A DNA stretch of 64,000 bases, taken from Gammaproteobacteria bacterium. Its GTDB lineage: Bacteria; Pseudomonadota; Gammaproteobacteria; Eutrophobiales; Eutrophobiaceae. A program made the position numbers and the translations under genes. This document shows positions 49,945 to 59,008 of the stretch, in pieces. The number at the start of each line of letters is the position of its first letter. Position 1 is the stretch's first letter. The notes below the pieces were generated by a model that worked only from the letters and a program-made list of their open reading frames with translations, was not told the DNA's origin and did not search any database. The stretch spans positions 1,184,001 to 1,248,000 of the forward strand of contig CBDCDS010000003.1 of assembly GCA_965215365.1 (NCBI GenBank). Direction: 5' to 3'.

Positions 49945-50137
49945 AGACCATGGAGCTTGATATGAATTACGAATTGATCACTATAATTTTTACCATCCTG
50001 TTGTCTTGGGCTTCAATAGTCTGGTTTATCTGGACAACCCATAAGGATACTCATGAGCAGATAGCTGGTTTGCATGAGCGCATGGCCAGCCTAGAAGGCA
50101 AAATAAGCGTTATGATGGATATGTTTCAATCCTGGCT
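49944..50137 (+). repeat. 194-bp direct repeat, left copy (IS target duplication); carries a 3'-altered copy of the small ORF (49935-50168)
   Basis: Identical to 52032-52225. Confidence 0.93.
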
Positions 50138-50238
50138 CCCGACTTCGACGGTTTATTTCTCTAACTGATTGATTTTATTGAAGGCGCGTTGACCCGTAGG
50201 CACTACAATTGCCTTGTTTCGGCGTTCTCAGGGGCGGG

Positions 50239-51894
50239 CTATTTGAGCTCGTAGGGGGTGGTGGAGTGACTCAATCCCATGATTTTGTAGAGGCGCCGGG
50301 CGGTTTCACTGATGGCGGAGGGAATCACGTAGCGGCGGTGTGTCTGTTGATGTGTCAGGACACTGTGCTGCACGTGGGCCAGCGCGTTGCGGATGACTTC
50401 GGGGGAGACCGGCTTGGCTTGCAGGGTCATGCGGTATTGCAGGTGTCGGACACAGAGCAGGGACATAAAGGCGATGGCGATGTGGGCTTCGATGCGTCGG
50501 GGGGTCCAGTGGTAGATGGGTCTTATCTTGAGATCGTGCTTACTTACCCGGAAGGTATCTTCGACCTGCCACAGGCCGCGATACTGGCTTAAGATGGCGG
50601 GGGCGGTGGTAGATGTTGGCAGGTTGGTGATAACCCCGTGCAGGCCGTCCCAGCGTTGTGCTTGGGCAATTTTATCGGGGTTGACGCTGAGGGTACTGTT
50701 GCCGTCTACCTTGAGGTATTTCTTATAACCGTAGTTGTTGAGCAGGTCTTTGGGGTTTTGGCTTTTGGCCAGTTTCTCACGGAGCTTGGCGATGGCCTGG
50801 TCGCGGTCATGCCGGTCTTTCTCGGCACGCACTGGGGAGTAGCCCACCACCAGACGGCGGGAGTCGTGGGGTAGGTCCGCCACCCGCAGTCCGTCGCTAT
50901 CTGTCAGGGTCTCATAGCGGTCTTCATCGAGCACTTGGGTTTGCAGGGCGTGCGGCAGGGACTTGAGTCGGGCACCGACGATGTAGTGCAGGCCGGCGTC
51001 CTCTAAGGCGCTGAGGTTATCCCTGCTCAGCAGCCCCCGGTCGGCAACGACCACGGCGTTGTCGGCCTGACAGTCGGTTTGTAAGGCTTTGACCACCGGG
51101 ATGAGGCTGTGTCCCTCGAAGGTGGCGCCGGGCAGCACGGTGTAGCGCACGGGCAGGCCGGTGTCGGTGACGGCCAGGGCCAGCAGCACCTGGCATTCTT
51201 TGAACTTGGCGTCTTTGCTGTAGCCGGGTTGTTTGAGCTCATCGTCGGTGAATGATTCAAAGTACAAGGTGGTGCAATCGAAGAACAGCACGCGTAGCGG
51301 CCCGCCGAGCAGCGCCCGGGCTTGGGTCTCGGCCAGGGTATTGAGGCGTTCGATACAGGCCGCATCGAGCAAGTCCATCATGCGGTAGATTTGGGGCAGG
51401 GACACTTGCACGCCGAAGTCGGCTGTCAGGGCGCGCACACTGGCCCGTTTGCTGTCCGGGTTGGCTAGGCGCGCCATCACCGTATGGAACAGCGCTTTGT
51501 GCGAGGCCCGGTAGCGCCAGGCTGGCAGCAACCGGGACAGCCCTAAGTCCTCGTACACGGCGCCGTACACCGCATGGATGCCGCTGATGACACGCTGGGT
51601 TTCCCGCAGGGCTTTGAGCTCGACTTTCAGCGGTGAGTCGTCCTGCCGGGCGCGGGCGGCGCTGAGTTGCTCGGCGACATCTTCGGGCGGGAACAGCTCG
51701 GGCTGGGTCTCGGCCTGAAGTTTGGCTTTGACCACTTCGGCTAAGTCTTTGAGCCGGACGAGCTCGTCTTCATCGAAGGCAATACCGATATGGCGCACAA
51801 TGCGCTGGCGCACGGCCTTGCCGTCACGCACTGACTCGACGAGTTGTACGGATTGACGCGGGCTGTTGGGGGTGGTTTTGACGCGCACGAACAT
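50239..51894 (-). CDS. IS1634-family DDE transposase
   Basis: MFVRVK..VQLVESVR, FFDCTTLYFES, GYSKD, VVADRGL, WQVEDTFR..K..LKIRPIYHW..RIEAH. Confidence 0.93.
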   Translation of the reverse strand: MFVRVKTTPNSPRQSVQLVESVRDGKAVRQRIVRHIGIAFDEDELVRLKDLAEVVKAKLQAETQPELFPPEDVAEQLSAARARQDDSPLKVELKALRETQRVISGIHAVYGAVYEDLGLSRLLPAWRYRASHKALFHTVMARLANPDSKRASVRALTADFGVQVSLPQIYRMMDLLDAACIERLNTLAETQARALLGGPLRVLFFDCTTLYFESFTDDELKQPGYSKDAKFKECQVLLALAVTDTGLPVRYTVLPGATFEGHSLIPVVKALQTDCQADNAVVVADRGLLSRDNLSALEDAGLHYIVGARLKSLPHALQTQVLDEDRYETLTDSDGLRVADLPHDSRRLVVGYSPVRAEKDRHDRDQAIAKLREKLAKSQNPKDLLNNYGYKKYLKVDGNSTLSVNPDKIAQAQRWDGLHGVITNLPTSTTAPAILSQYRGLWQVEDTFRVSKHDLKIRPIYHWTPRRIEAHIAIAFMSLLCVRHLQYRMTLQAKPVSPEVIRNALAHVQHSVLTHQQTHRRYVIPSAISETARRLYKIMGLSHSTTPYELK

Positions 51895-51901
51895 AGCCCG
51901 G

Positions 51902-51930
51902 AGGATACCACGCGCCGCCCACAATGTCAA
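51902..51930 (-). promoter_or_regulatory. Sigma70-type promoter of the IS1634 transposase
   Basis: TTGACA-17nt-TATCCT-7nt-ATG on the minus strand. Confidence 0.65.
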
Positions 51931-52031
51931 GCTACAAATATCAACTAGGCACTACAACTGCCTGCTCCAAAACACGTTTTGATTTACAAGAGATTTTCAG
52001 ATAAAGTAAGCACCAGACCGTCGAAGTCGGG

Positions 52032-52225
52032 AAGACCATGGAGCTTGATATGAATTACGAATTGATCACTATAATTTTTACCATCCTGTTGTCTTGGGCT
52101 TCAATAGTCTGGTTTATCTGGACAACCCATAAGGATACTCATGAGCAGATAGCTGGTTTGCATGAGCGCATGGCCAGCCTAGAAGGCAAAATAAGCGTTA
52201 TGATGGATATGTTTCAATCCTGGCT
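52032..52225 (+). repeat. 194-bp direct repeat, right copy
   Basis: Identical to 49944-50137. Confidence 0.93.
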
Positions 52226-52256
52226 CAATGATAAGACTTGCCAAAGTGTAAACTGA
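52038..52256 (+). CDS. Small TM + coiled-coil hypothetical protein (intact copy)
   Basis: LITIIFTILLSWASIVWFIW then IAGLHERMASLEGKI; start may be 52050. Confidence 0.6.
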   Translation: MELDMNYELITIIFTILLSWASIVWFIWTTHKDTHEQIAGLHERMASLEGKISVMMDMFQSWLNDKTCQSVN

Positions 52257-52268
52257 CGTTGCGTCAGG

Positions 52269-54062
52269 TTACTCCAGGCTGAACGTCAGTAGCTCATCCC
52301 CGACTTCATAACCGAACAGGGCATTGCCGCCCGCGGCTACGGTAATGTACTGTTTGCCCCGGTGCAGGTAGCTCACCGGCGGGGCGTTGACGCCATATTC
52401 GGCCTGATGGCGCCACAGAGGCGTTCCGTGGTGGGCGTCGTAGGCAACGAACAGGCCGTTGCCTTCGCCGGTAAAGACTAGGTCGCCGGCTGTGGCCAGC
52501 GCGCCGCCGACCATAGGTTGCGCCACTTGCCGTTGCCAGACCAGTTTGCCGGAGGCGACATCTATGGCGCTGAGCAGACCCCAGTCGGGCTCGGCGGCTT
52601 TCCGAAAAAAGGTAAAACTCTGCCAAGGTGCGCCCGCCTGCGGCTCCAACTTGCGGGAAAAGAACAGGGAAGGCTGGTAGAGGCCCGGGATATACACTTG
52701 TTGTAAGCCGGGATGGTAGGCCACCGGTGACCAGGACACGGCGCCCAAAGTGCCGGGCACGATGCGCACGCCGGCCGCTGACGGCGGCGCGAACAGGTTG
52801 TCCTGGTTGATGAATGGCTCGCTGCGGCGGATCAGCTCGCCGGTCTGCCGATCATGGATGAAGAACCAGCCCAGTTTGCTGGCTTGTCCCACCGCCTTGA
52901 TCGTTTCGCCGTTTTCAACCAGGTCGAACAGCACCGGCGGACTGGCAACGTCATAACCCCAACGGTCGTGTGGCACTTGCTGGTAATGCCAGCGCAGCTT
53001 GCCCGTGTCTGCTTCCAGCGCCACCAGGCTGACGGTATAAAGGTTGTCGCCGGGGCGGGTCGAGGCCTCCAGCTGCGGCGACGGGTTGCCGGTGCCGATA
53101 TAGATCAGGCCCAGTTGCGGGTCTATAGCCGGGGTGGTGTAAATGGAGCCGCCACCGTAGCGCCAGCTATCGGAGTAGGTCCGGTTGGCGCGTCGTTCTG
53201 CGGCCAGGTCCCGATTCAGCACCACACCGTAGTCGGTTTGCCGGCGCCACTGCCCCTGCCAGCCGGTTTCCGGGGTGCTGTGCCAGCGCCAGATTTCGGC
53301 GCCGGTTTCCACCTCGTAGGCAACCATAAAACCTCGTAATCCGTGCCCGCCTCCGGACTCAGAACTTCCTGACAGGCCGCCCACCGACAGCACTTGCTCA
53401 CCATCCTGCACTAAGTCCAAGTGCAGGCCGTAACCGGCGCCGGAAATACCTACCAGCACCTTGCCGGCAAACACCTGCGGCGCCAGATTAGCAGTATAGC
53501 CGGTCGGCCCCGATTGTGTTGCGCTCTTGAGTTCAGCCAGGCCCGACCGCGCCGCCAGTCGTTCGGCGTTGCCGGCCTCGGTATCTGCAATCGCCACGTC
53601 CCAGACTACCTCGCCGGTATGCCGATTCAGTGCCAGCAGGCGCGCGTCGATAGTCACCGTGAACACTTTGTCCCCATGCAGCGCCGGCCCGCGATTAGCA
53701 GGCCCACAGCAGTAGTTGCCGTCTTCCGGCAGTTCATGGTGGTAGCGCCATAATTCCTTGCCCGTATCGGCACGCAACGCGATGACATCGTTGTACGGGG
53801 TAGTCAGGTACATGATGCCATCCCGTACCAGCGGCGAGGTCTGAAACGAGCCGAATTTACCGGTATTAAAACGCCAGGCCAGCCGTAGCCGTTGCACGTT
53901 GCCGGTATTGATTTGAGACAGGGGGCTGAAGCGCTGATTGTCAAAACTGCGCCCGTACAGCAGCCAGTCACTGCTGCCGGTCAGGATGACCTCGGCGCTG
54001 ACCGGCGGCAACAGCAGCAGGATCAGGGTCGCGACAATGGCGTCTCTTATGGTGTTTTGCAT
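52269..54062 (-). CDS. PQQ-binding beta-propeller dehydrogenase-like protein (atypical active site)
   Basis: NQRFSPL.QI, FQTSPLV, CCGPANRG, YIGTGNP, WHYQQVPHDRWGYD, LATAGDLVF. Confidence 0.88.
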   Translation of the reverse strand: MQNTIRDAIVATLILLLLPPVSAEVILTGSSDWLLYGRSFDNQRFSPLSQINTGNVQRLRLAWRFNTGKFGSFQTSPLVRDGIMYLTTPYNDVIALRADTGKELWRYHHELPEDGNYCCGPANRGPALHGDKVFTVTIDARLLALNRHTGEVVWDVAIADTEAGNAERLAARSGLAELKSATQSGPTGYTANLAPQVFAGKVLVGISGAGYGLHLDLVQDGEQVLSVGGLSGSSESGGGHGLRGFMVAYEVETGAEIWRWHSTPETGWQGQWRRQTDYGVVLNRDLAAERRANRTYSDSWRYGGGSIYTTPAIDPQLGLIYIGTGNPSPQLEASTRPGDNLYTVSLVALEADTGKLRWHYQQVPHDRWGYDVASPPVLFDLVENGETIKAVGQASKLGWFFIHDRQTGELIRRSEPFINQDNLFAPPSAAGVRIVPGTLGAVSWSPVAYHPGLQQVYIPGLYQPSLFFSRKLEPQAGAPWQSFTFFRKAAEPDWGLLSAIDVASGKLVWQRQVAQPMVGGALATAGDLVFTGEGNGLFVAYDAHHGTPLWRHQAEYGVNAPPVSYLHRGKQYITVAAGGNALFGYEVGDELLTFSLE

Positions 54063-54163
54063 TTTCTTTTTTGAAAAAAGGTGTACAATAGCGCACTTTC
54101 CGTTGGTCAATGTCAACTATCAGCAGCAACCGACAGGACATTGACCGGTACAAGGTTTATTTT

Positions 54164-54421
54164 ATGGTAACACTACGATTAGCGCGCGCAGGCGCAAAGA
54201 AAAGGCCTTTTTATCACATAGTGGCTGCTGATTCACGCAGTCCCCGCGACGGCAGGTACATTGAACGGCTGGGTTATTTCAACCCGATTGCCGGCGCCCG
54301 GGAGCAGCAACTGCAGCTGGAGCAGGCGCGCGTGGATTACTGGCTGTCTCACGGCGCGCAGCCCTCTGCGCGCGTGGCGCAACTGATCAAACTCAACGCC
54401 GGAAGCACAGCCGCTTCGTGA
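54164..54421 (+). CDS. rpsP: 30S ribosomal protein S16
   Basis: [30 protein letters not shown]. Confidence 0.98.
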   Translation: MVTLRLARAGAKKRPFYHIVAADSRSPRDGRYIERLGYFNPIAGAREQQLQLEQARVDYWLSHGAQPSARVAQLIKLNAGSTAAS

Positions 54422-54984
54422 GCCCCATGCCGTCCCGGGCGGGTGATGAACTTGCCGCTCATAAGCCTGCCGGCGGCGAGTCGGAAAGACGCATTATTAT
54501 CGGCAGGATCTCCGGCGTACACGGGATACGTGGTTGGCTGAAGTTGTTCTCCTACACAGAGCCCAGGGAAAACATCTTTTTGTACCAGCCTTGGTTGCTG
54601 GGCAGGGACAATGGCGCGAGCTGGACTGAGGTCGAGTTCGTTGACCACGGTGCCAGCGGCAAGAATCTGGTGGTGAAGCTGCCGGGGCTTGAGGACCGGG
54701 AGACAGCTTTGACTCGGGTCGGCGCTATGCTGGCACTGAGCCGGGAGCAGTTGCCGGTGCCGGAACCGGGTGAGTATTACTGGGCTGATCTGATGGGCAT
54801 GGAGGTGGTGACGTTGACCGGGGAGGGTCTGGGCCGGGTGGTCGATATCCGCGCCACTGGTGCCAATGACGTGCTGATCGTGCAAGGCGAGAAGCGCCGC
54901 GTCATCCCGTTCGTGATGGCAGAAGTTGTCAGGCAGGTGGATCAGGCCGGCGCCGTTATTACAGTAAACTGGCCCTGGGATTAG
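54418..54984 (+). CDS. rimM: Ribosome maturation factor RimM
   Basis: [33 protein letters not shown]. Confidence 0.96.
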   Translation: MSPMPSRAGDELAAHKPAGGESERRIIIGRISGVHGIRGWLKLFSYTEPRENIFLYQPWLLGRDNGASWTEVEFVDHGASGKNLVVKLPGLEDRETALTRVGAMLALSREQLPVPEPGEYYWADLMGMEVVTLTGEGLGRVVDIRATGANDVLIVQGEKRRVIPFVMAEVVRQVDQAGAVITVNWPWD

Positions 54985-55009
54985 CCCTGAGGTCAGCCTC
55001 GAGGTTGGC

Positions 55010-55750
55010 ATGGAATTAGCGATTGGCGTGGTAACGCTGTTCCCGGAGATGTTTGCCGCGGTGCGCGAGTATGGTATCACCGGAAAAGCGGTGGATGCGG
55101 GATTGTTGCAACTCAGCCCGATCAATCCGCGTGATCATGCGCCGGACCGGCACCGCAACGTGGATGACAGGCCCTATGGCGGCGGCCCCGGCATGGTGAT
55201 GCTGGCGGCGCCGTTGCTGGCGGCCATTCGCGCCGCCCGGCAGGCGTTGCCCGGGGCCGCAGTGGCCTACCTGTCGCCCCAGGGACGGCAACTCAAGCAG
55301 CAGGACGTGATGGATTTTGCCAGCCGGCGCTCGTTCATCCTGGTCGCCGGCCGTTATGAGGGCGTGGATGAACGGGTCATCGAACTGGAAGTTGACGAGG
55401 AGTGGTCCATCGGCGATTACGTGCTCAGCGGCGGTGAGCTGGCGGCCATGGTATTGATTGACGCGGTGGCAAGATGCTTGCCGGGGGCTTTGGGGAACGC
55501 AGAATCCGCCGTGGAGGATTCATTCTTTCGCGGCCTGCTGGACTGCCCCCACTACACCCGACCGGAAGTGGTGGAAGGCCGGGCGACGCCGCCGGTGTTG
55601 TTGAGTGGCGACCATGGAGCGGTGCGCAAGTGGCGCCTGAAACAGGCGCTGGGCCGCACCTGGAAACGGCGTCCCGACTTGCTGCAAGCGCGGGGCCTGG
55701 ACGCGCAAGAACAGGCGCTGCTGGATGAATACCTCAGGGAAGACGATTGA
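55010..55750 (+). CDS. trmD: tRNA (guanine37-N1)-methyltransferase
   Basis: [32 protein letters not shown]. Confidence 0.98.
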   Translation: MELAIGVVTLFPEMFAAVREYGITGKAVDAGLLQLSPINPRDHAPDRHRNVDDRPYGGGPGMVMLAAPLLAAIRAARQALPGAAVAYLSPQGRQLKQQDVMDFASRRSFILVAGRYEGVDERVIELEVDEEWSIGDYVLSGGELAAMVLIDAVARCLPGALGNAESAVEDSFFRGLLDCPHYTRPEVVEGRATPPVLLSGDHGAVRKWRLKQALGRTWKRRPDLLQARGLDAQEQALLDEYLREDD

Positions 55751-55807
55751 GCGGTACCGGTGCGCTTCTGATTTTTAGAGGTGCGCATATATCTGAGATC
55801 CGGAAGC

Positions 55808-56164
55808 ATGGCAAATATTATTGAACAACTCGAAGCAGAACAATGTACCCGGGAACTCCCGGAGTTTCATCCCGGTGACACCGTGGTGGTGCAGGTCAAG
55901 GTGGTGGAAGGTCAACGCGAGCGCTTGCAGGCGTTTGAAGGCACGGTGATCGCGAAGAAGAACCGCGGCCTTAATTCCTCGTTCACGGTACGCAAAATTT
56001 CCTACGGTGAAGGCGTGGAGCGGGTGTTTCAGACTCACAGTCCGAGCATTGCCGGCCTGTCCGTGAAACGGCGCGGCGATGTGCGCCGGGCCAAGCTGTA
56101 CTACATGCGCGAGCGCCGCGGCAAGGCCGCCCGGATCAAGGAGAAGATCAAGCCGTCATCCTGA
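55808..56164 (+). CDS. rplS: 50S ribosomal protein L19
   Basis: [30 protein letters not shown]. Confidence 0.98.
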   Translation: MANIIEQLEAEQCTRELPEFHPGDTVVVQVKVVEGQRERLQAFEGTVIAKKNRGLNSSFTVRKISYGEGVERVFQTHSPSIAGLSVKRRGDVRRAKLYYMRERRGKAARIKEKIKPSS

Positions 56165-56174
56165 AGGGCTGTCT

Positions 56175-57059
56175 GTGGATGACAGAGCGCTCATCGATCA
56201 GTTTCTCGATGCCTTGTGGTTGGAGCGAGGGTTGAGTGAGAATACCCTCAGTGCCTACCGCAGTGACCTTTATTCATACTCCGCTTGGCTGGCTGGCACC
56301 TCCCGGGAGTTGTTGCAGTCGCAGCCTGAGGAGGTGCTCGGCTACCTGGCCACACTGACCGGTAAATCCGCCCGCACCAGTGCCCGACACCTGTCGGCGC
56401 TGCGCCGCTTGTTCCAATACCTGGCCCGGGAGCAGTATATCGACCATGACCCCTGCGCTCGTATCCCGGCCCCGCGCATTGGCCGTCCCTTACCGAAGTC
56501 CCTGACTGAACAAGAAGTGGAGAACCTGCTGGAGGTGCCGGACACCGCCACCGCTCTGGGTTTGCGCGACCGGGCCATGCTGGAGGTGTTGTACGCCACC
56601 GGATTGCGGGTATCGGAGCTGGTCAGCCTGCAACTGGGGCAGGTAAATTTACGGCAGGGCGTGATCCGGGTGCTCGGCAAGGGTAACAAGGAACGCCTGA
56701 CGCCGCTGGGCGAGGAGGCTGCCGACTGGGTGCAGAAATTCATGCGCCAGGGGCGTGCGGAACTGCTGACGGCCACAGCTACTCCGGCCCTGTTCCCGAG
56801 CCGCAGGGGCGGCATGATGACGCGCCAGACCTTCTGGCACGCGGTAAAACGCTATGCGTTGCAGGCCGGTATCAACCAGAAATTATCGCCGCATGTACTG
56901 CGACATGCGTTCGCCACCCACTTGCTCAACCATGGCGCCGACCTGCGCGTAGTGCAGATGCTGCTGGGTCACAGCGATATATCCACCACCCAGATCTACA
57001 CCCATGTTGCCCGCGAACGGCTGAAAAACCTGCACGCCGAACACCATCCGCGCGGGTAG
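56175..57059 (+). CDS. xerD: Site-specific tyrosine recombinase XerD
   Basis: LWLERGLSENTLSAY, TGLRVSEL, HVLRHAFATH, LGHSDISTTQIYTH; xerD-dsbC synteny. Confidence 0.96.
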   Translation: MDDRALIDQFLDALWLERGLSENTLSAYRSDLYSYSAWLAGTSRELLQSQPEEVLGYLATLTGKSARTSARHLSALRRLFQYLAREQYIDHDPCARIPAPRIGRPLPKSLTEQEVENLLEVPDTATALGLRDRAMLEVLYATGLRVSELVSLQLGQVNLRQGVIRVLGKGNKERLTPLGEEAADWVQKFMRQGRAELLTATATPALFPSRRGGMMTRQTFWHAVKRYALQAGINQKLSPHVLRHAFATHLLNHGADLRVVQMLLGHSDISTTQIYTHVARERLKNLHAEHHPRG

Positions 57060-57088
57060 CATGATTTTTGGTCGGCGCGGTTACTTGT

Positions 57089-57166
57089 GGTAACCTCTGC
57101 TTATGTGCTTAAAAATGGCAGCATATCCATAATACTGCAAAGGCACTTCTAATTTTTAGAGGTGCC
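57089..57166. mobile_element. Internally deleted family-B MITE
   Basis: GGTAACCTCT...GGCAGCATATCC..CTGCAAAGGCACTTCTAATTTTTAGAGGTGCC. Confidence 0.7.
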
Positions 57167-57218
57167 TTTGTGTTATAGTCAACGCCGGTTGTTGCACCTT
57201 CCGGAGACTGAGAATACC

Positions 57219-57935
57219 ATGCACAAAATTCTGATACCGTTTTTATTCACGTTGCTCTGCACCGGCGCGGCGTATGCCGATGCCGACCGCGACGAGCGCT
57301 TGCGCCAAGCCATTACCGGGGTTTTCCCTGACGTTCAGATTACCCGCGTCAAGCCCGCTCCCATCCCCGGCCTGTACGAGGTGATGCTGGGCACGGAGCT
57401 GTTGTACCTGAGCGAGGATGGCCGCTACCTCCTGCAAGGAGACCTGATCGACCTGGGCGACCGCGTCAACCTGAGCGAGCAGCAGCGCGCCGTGACGCGC
57501 AAGCAGATGCTGGCCGGCATCCCCGTCTCCGAGACCATTGATTTTGTTCCTGATGCCGCACAACACACGGTCTATGTGTTTACCGATATTACCTGCGGCT
57601 ATTGTCGGCGTTTTCATCGCGATGTGGCAGAATTGAACGAGCGCGGCGTGGCCGTGCGCTATTTGGCCTTCCCGCGTGCCGGCGTCGATTCGGAGGCGTT
57701 CACCGATATGGAATCGATATGGTGTGCGACAGACGCAAACGCAGCCATGACCCGGGCCAAGCTGACCGACGACGCGGTCACGCCGGCGCAATGTGACAAC
57801 CCGGTCAAACGCCAATACGAACTGGGGCAGGCCCTGGGCGTACGTGGCACCCCCGCCATCTACCTGGAAAACGGTGAGCAACTGCCCGGCTACGTCCCCC
57901 CGGACACCCTGCTGCAGGCGCTCGCCGGAGAATGA
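57219..57935 (+). CDS. dsbC: Thiol:disulfide isomerase DsbC
   Basis: Signal peptide, FTDITCGYC, YLAFPRAG, GVRGTPAI. Confidence 0.95.
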   Translation: MHKILIPFLFTLLCTGAAYADADRDERLRQAITGVFPDVQITRVKPAPIPGLYEVMLGTELLYLSEDGRYLLQGDLIDLGDRVNLSEQQRAVTRKQMLAGIPVSETIDFVPDAAQHTVYVFTDITCGYCRRFHRDVAELNERGVAVRYLAFPRAGVDSEAFTDMESIWCATDANAAMTRAKLTDDAVTPAQCDNPVKRQYELGQALGVRGTPAIYLENGEQLPGYVPPDTLLQALAGE

Positions 57936-57951
57936 TAGAGGTGACCATAAA

Positions 57952-58776
57952 TCACCAACGCAGCGATTTAATCACCGCCACCGTGGTGCTGCCGTTTTTT
58001 TCGGTGTGTTCCACCTTTACCTGTAAATAATCGAGTTCCGGGGCGCACCAGAATGTGGATTTGCGGTCGTTGTCCGGTCTGTGTCTGAGCATTTTTATGG
58101 TGTTGAAACTGCCCAGAGGTGTCGCCACGACCTCCTCGCCCAGTTTCTCGAAGTGGTAGGTTTTGATGCGCCCGCCATCAGCTATCTGGTAGGCGGCAGG
58201 CGTGCGCCCGTGTTGCAGGTCGTGCATGATGGTAAGCTGGTACAGCAGCTTGTCCAGCACCCCGGGTTCCAGCGGCAAGTACCAGACGTCGCCATTGATG
58301 GTGTTTTTTATCTTGCCTGCGTCCCCGTCAAACTCTATGGAAACGGCGCGTTGTTTGCGGTGGCCGGTGCGATTGTAGCGGTAAGACAAAGGTTTCAGCG
58401 TGTCGTCTGCCAGCACCAGACGGCTGGCTTCGATGATGTGCAGCTTCCTGAATAACGAGATCAGGCCCACCGTTTTTGTCTCAGAACGGTACTCATAGGT
58501 GCCATCGTCGAGTCGGGTCAGGCTGCGCGTGACCCGGGCGGCCTGGGTATTTTTCGCATACAGGACATATTCCGCTACGAACGGGCGCAAGCCGCCGTCG
58601 TTACTGTGCGCCGCCCAGGCTTGCAGACCGGTGCCGCACAGCGCCGCCAACAGGGCGCTTCTGAAAATCCCATGCAGGACATTTTCAGAGGTTACTGACA
58701 GCCCGACAATACCTGTGCAATGAAGCTGCCGCGGCTTTATACTAACCGGGACATGCAAGCGATCTCTAGCCCGCAT
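57952..58776 (-). CDS. DUF3108-like exported protein (start uncertain; the only upstream in-frame ATG is in a MITE end)
   Basis: Signal-like SALLAALCGTGLQAWA, LDKLLYQL, GEEVVATPLG.F.T, FWCAPELDYL.VK. Confidence 0.7.
   Translation of the reverse strand: MRARDRLHVPVSIKPRQLHCTGIVGLSVTSENVLHGIFRSALLAALCGTGLQAWAAHSNDGGLRPFVAEYVLYAKNTQAARVTRSLTRLDDGTYEYRSETKTVGLISLFRKLHIIEASRLVLADDTLKPLSYRYNRTGHRKQRAVSIEFDGDAGKIKNTINGDVWYLPLEPGVLDKLLYQLTIMHDLQHGRTPAAYQIADGGRIKTYHFEKLGEEVVATPLGSFNTIKMLRHRPDNDRKSTFWCAPELDYLQVKVEHTEKNGSTTVAVIKSLRW
58653..58695. repeat. Short family-B hairpin within the DUF3108 reading frame
   Basis: Translates as VTSENVLHGIFRSA, like VTSENSLRGIFRGA in rimP. Confidence 0.7.
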
Positions 58777-59008
58777 ATCTCACCAAGGCGCTTATTGTCT
58801 TAGGTAACATTTTTGCTATCAACAAGTTATGATAATACTGCTGCTTTTTCCAAATAACACACTGCGCTTGATGCGCCCTCGCTGGTCTTTTGTGCGCCTG
58901 CGGGCGCCTGCTTACTCAACCAGAGAACCACTATGCTTTCGTTCACAGTCACCCGCAGGCGAACAAAATCCGGCGCGATCTTCGCATCACTTGGTGAGAT
59001 ATGCGGGC
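58769..59008 (+). mobile_element. Family-A MITE inserted after codon 5 of hldE
   Basis: 240 bp, TA duplication 58767-68 / 59009-10. Confidence 0.93.

Larger units (their letters stand above)
50138..52031 (-). mobile_element. IS1634-family insertion sequence
   Basis: 15-bp TIR CCCGACTTCGACGGT / ACCGTCGAAGTCGGG; subterminal direct repeat TAGGCACTACAA at 50197 and 51946; long flanking direct repeat. Confidence 0.92.

Noticed and set aside
56175-57059. Tyrosine recombinase as an island or phage integrase
   Set aside because: Sequence and rplS-xerD-dsbC context identify housekeeping XerD
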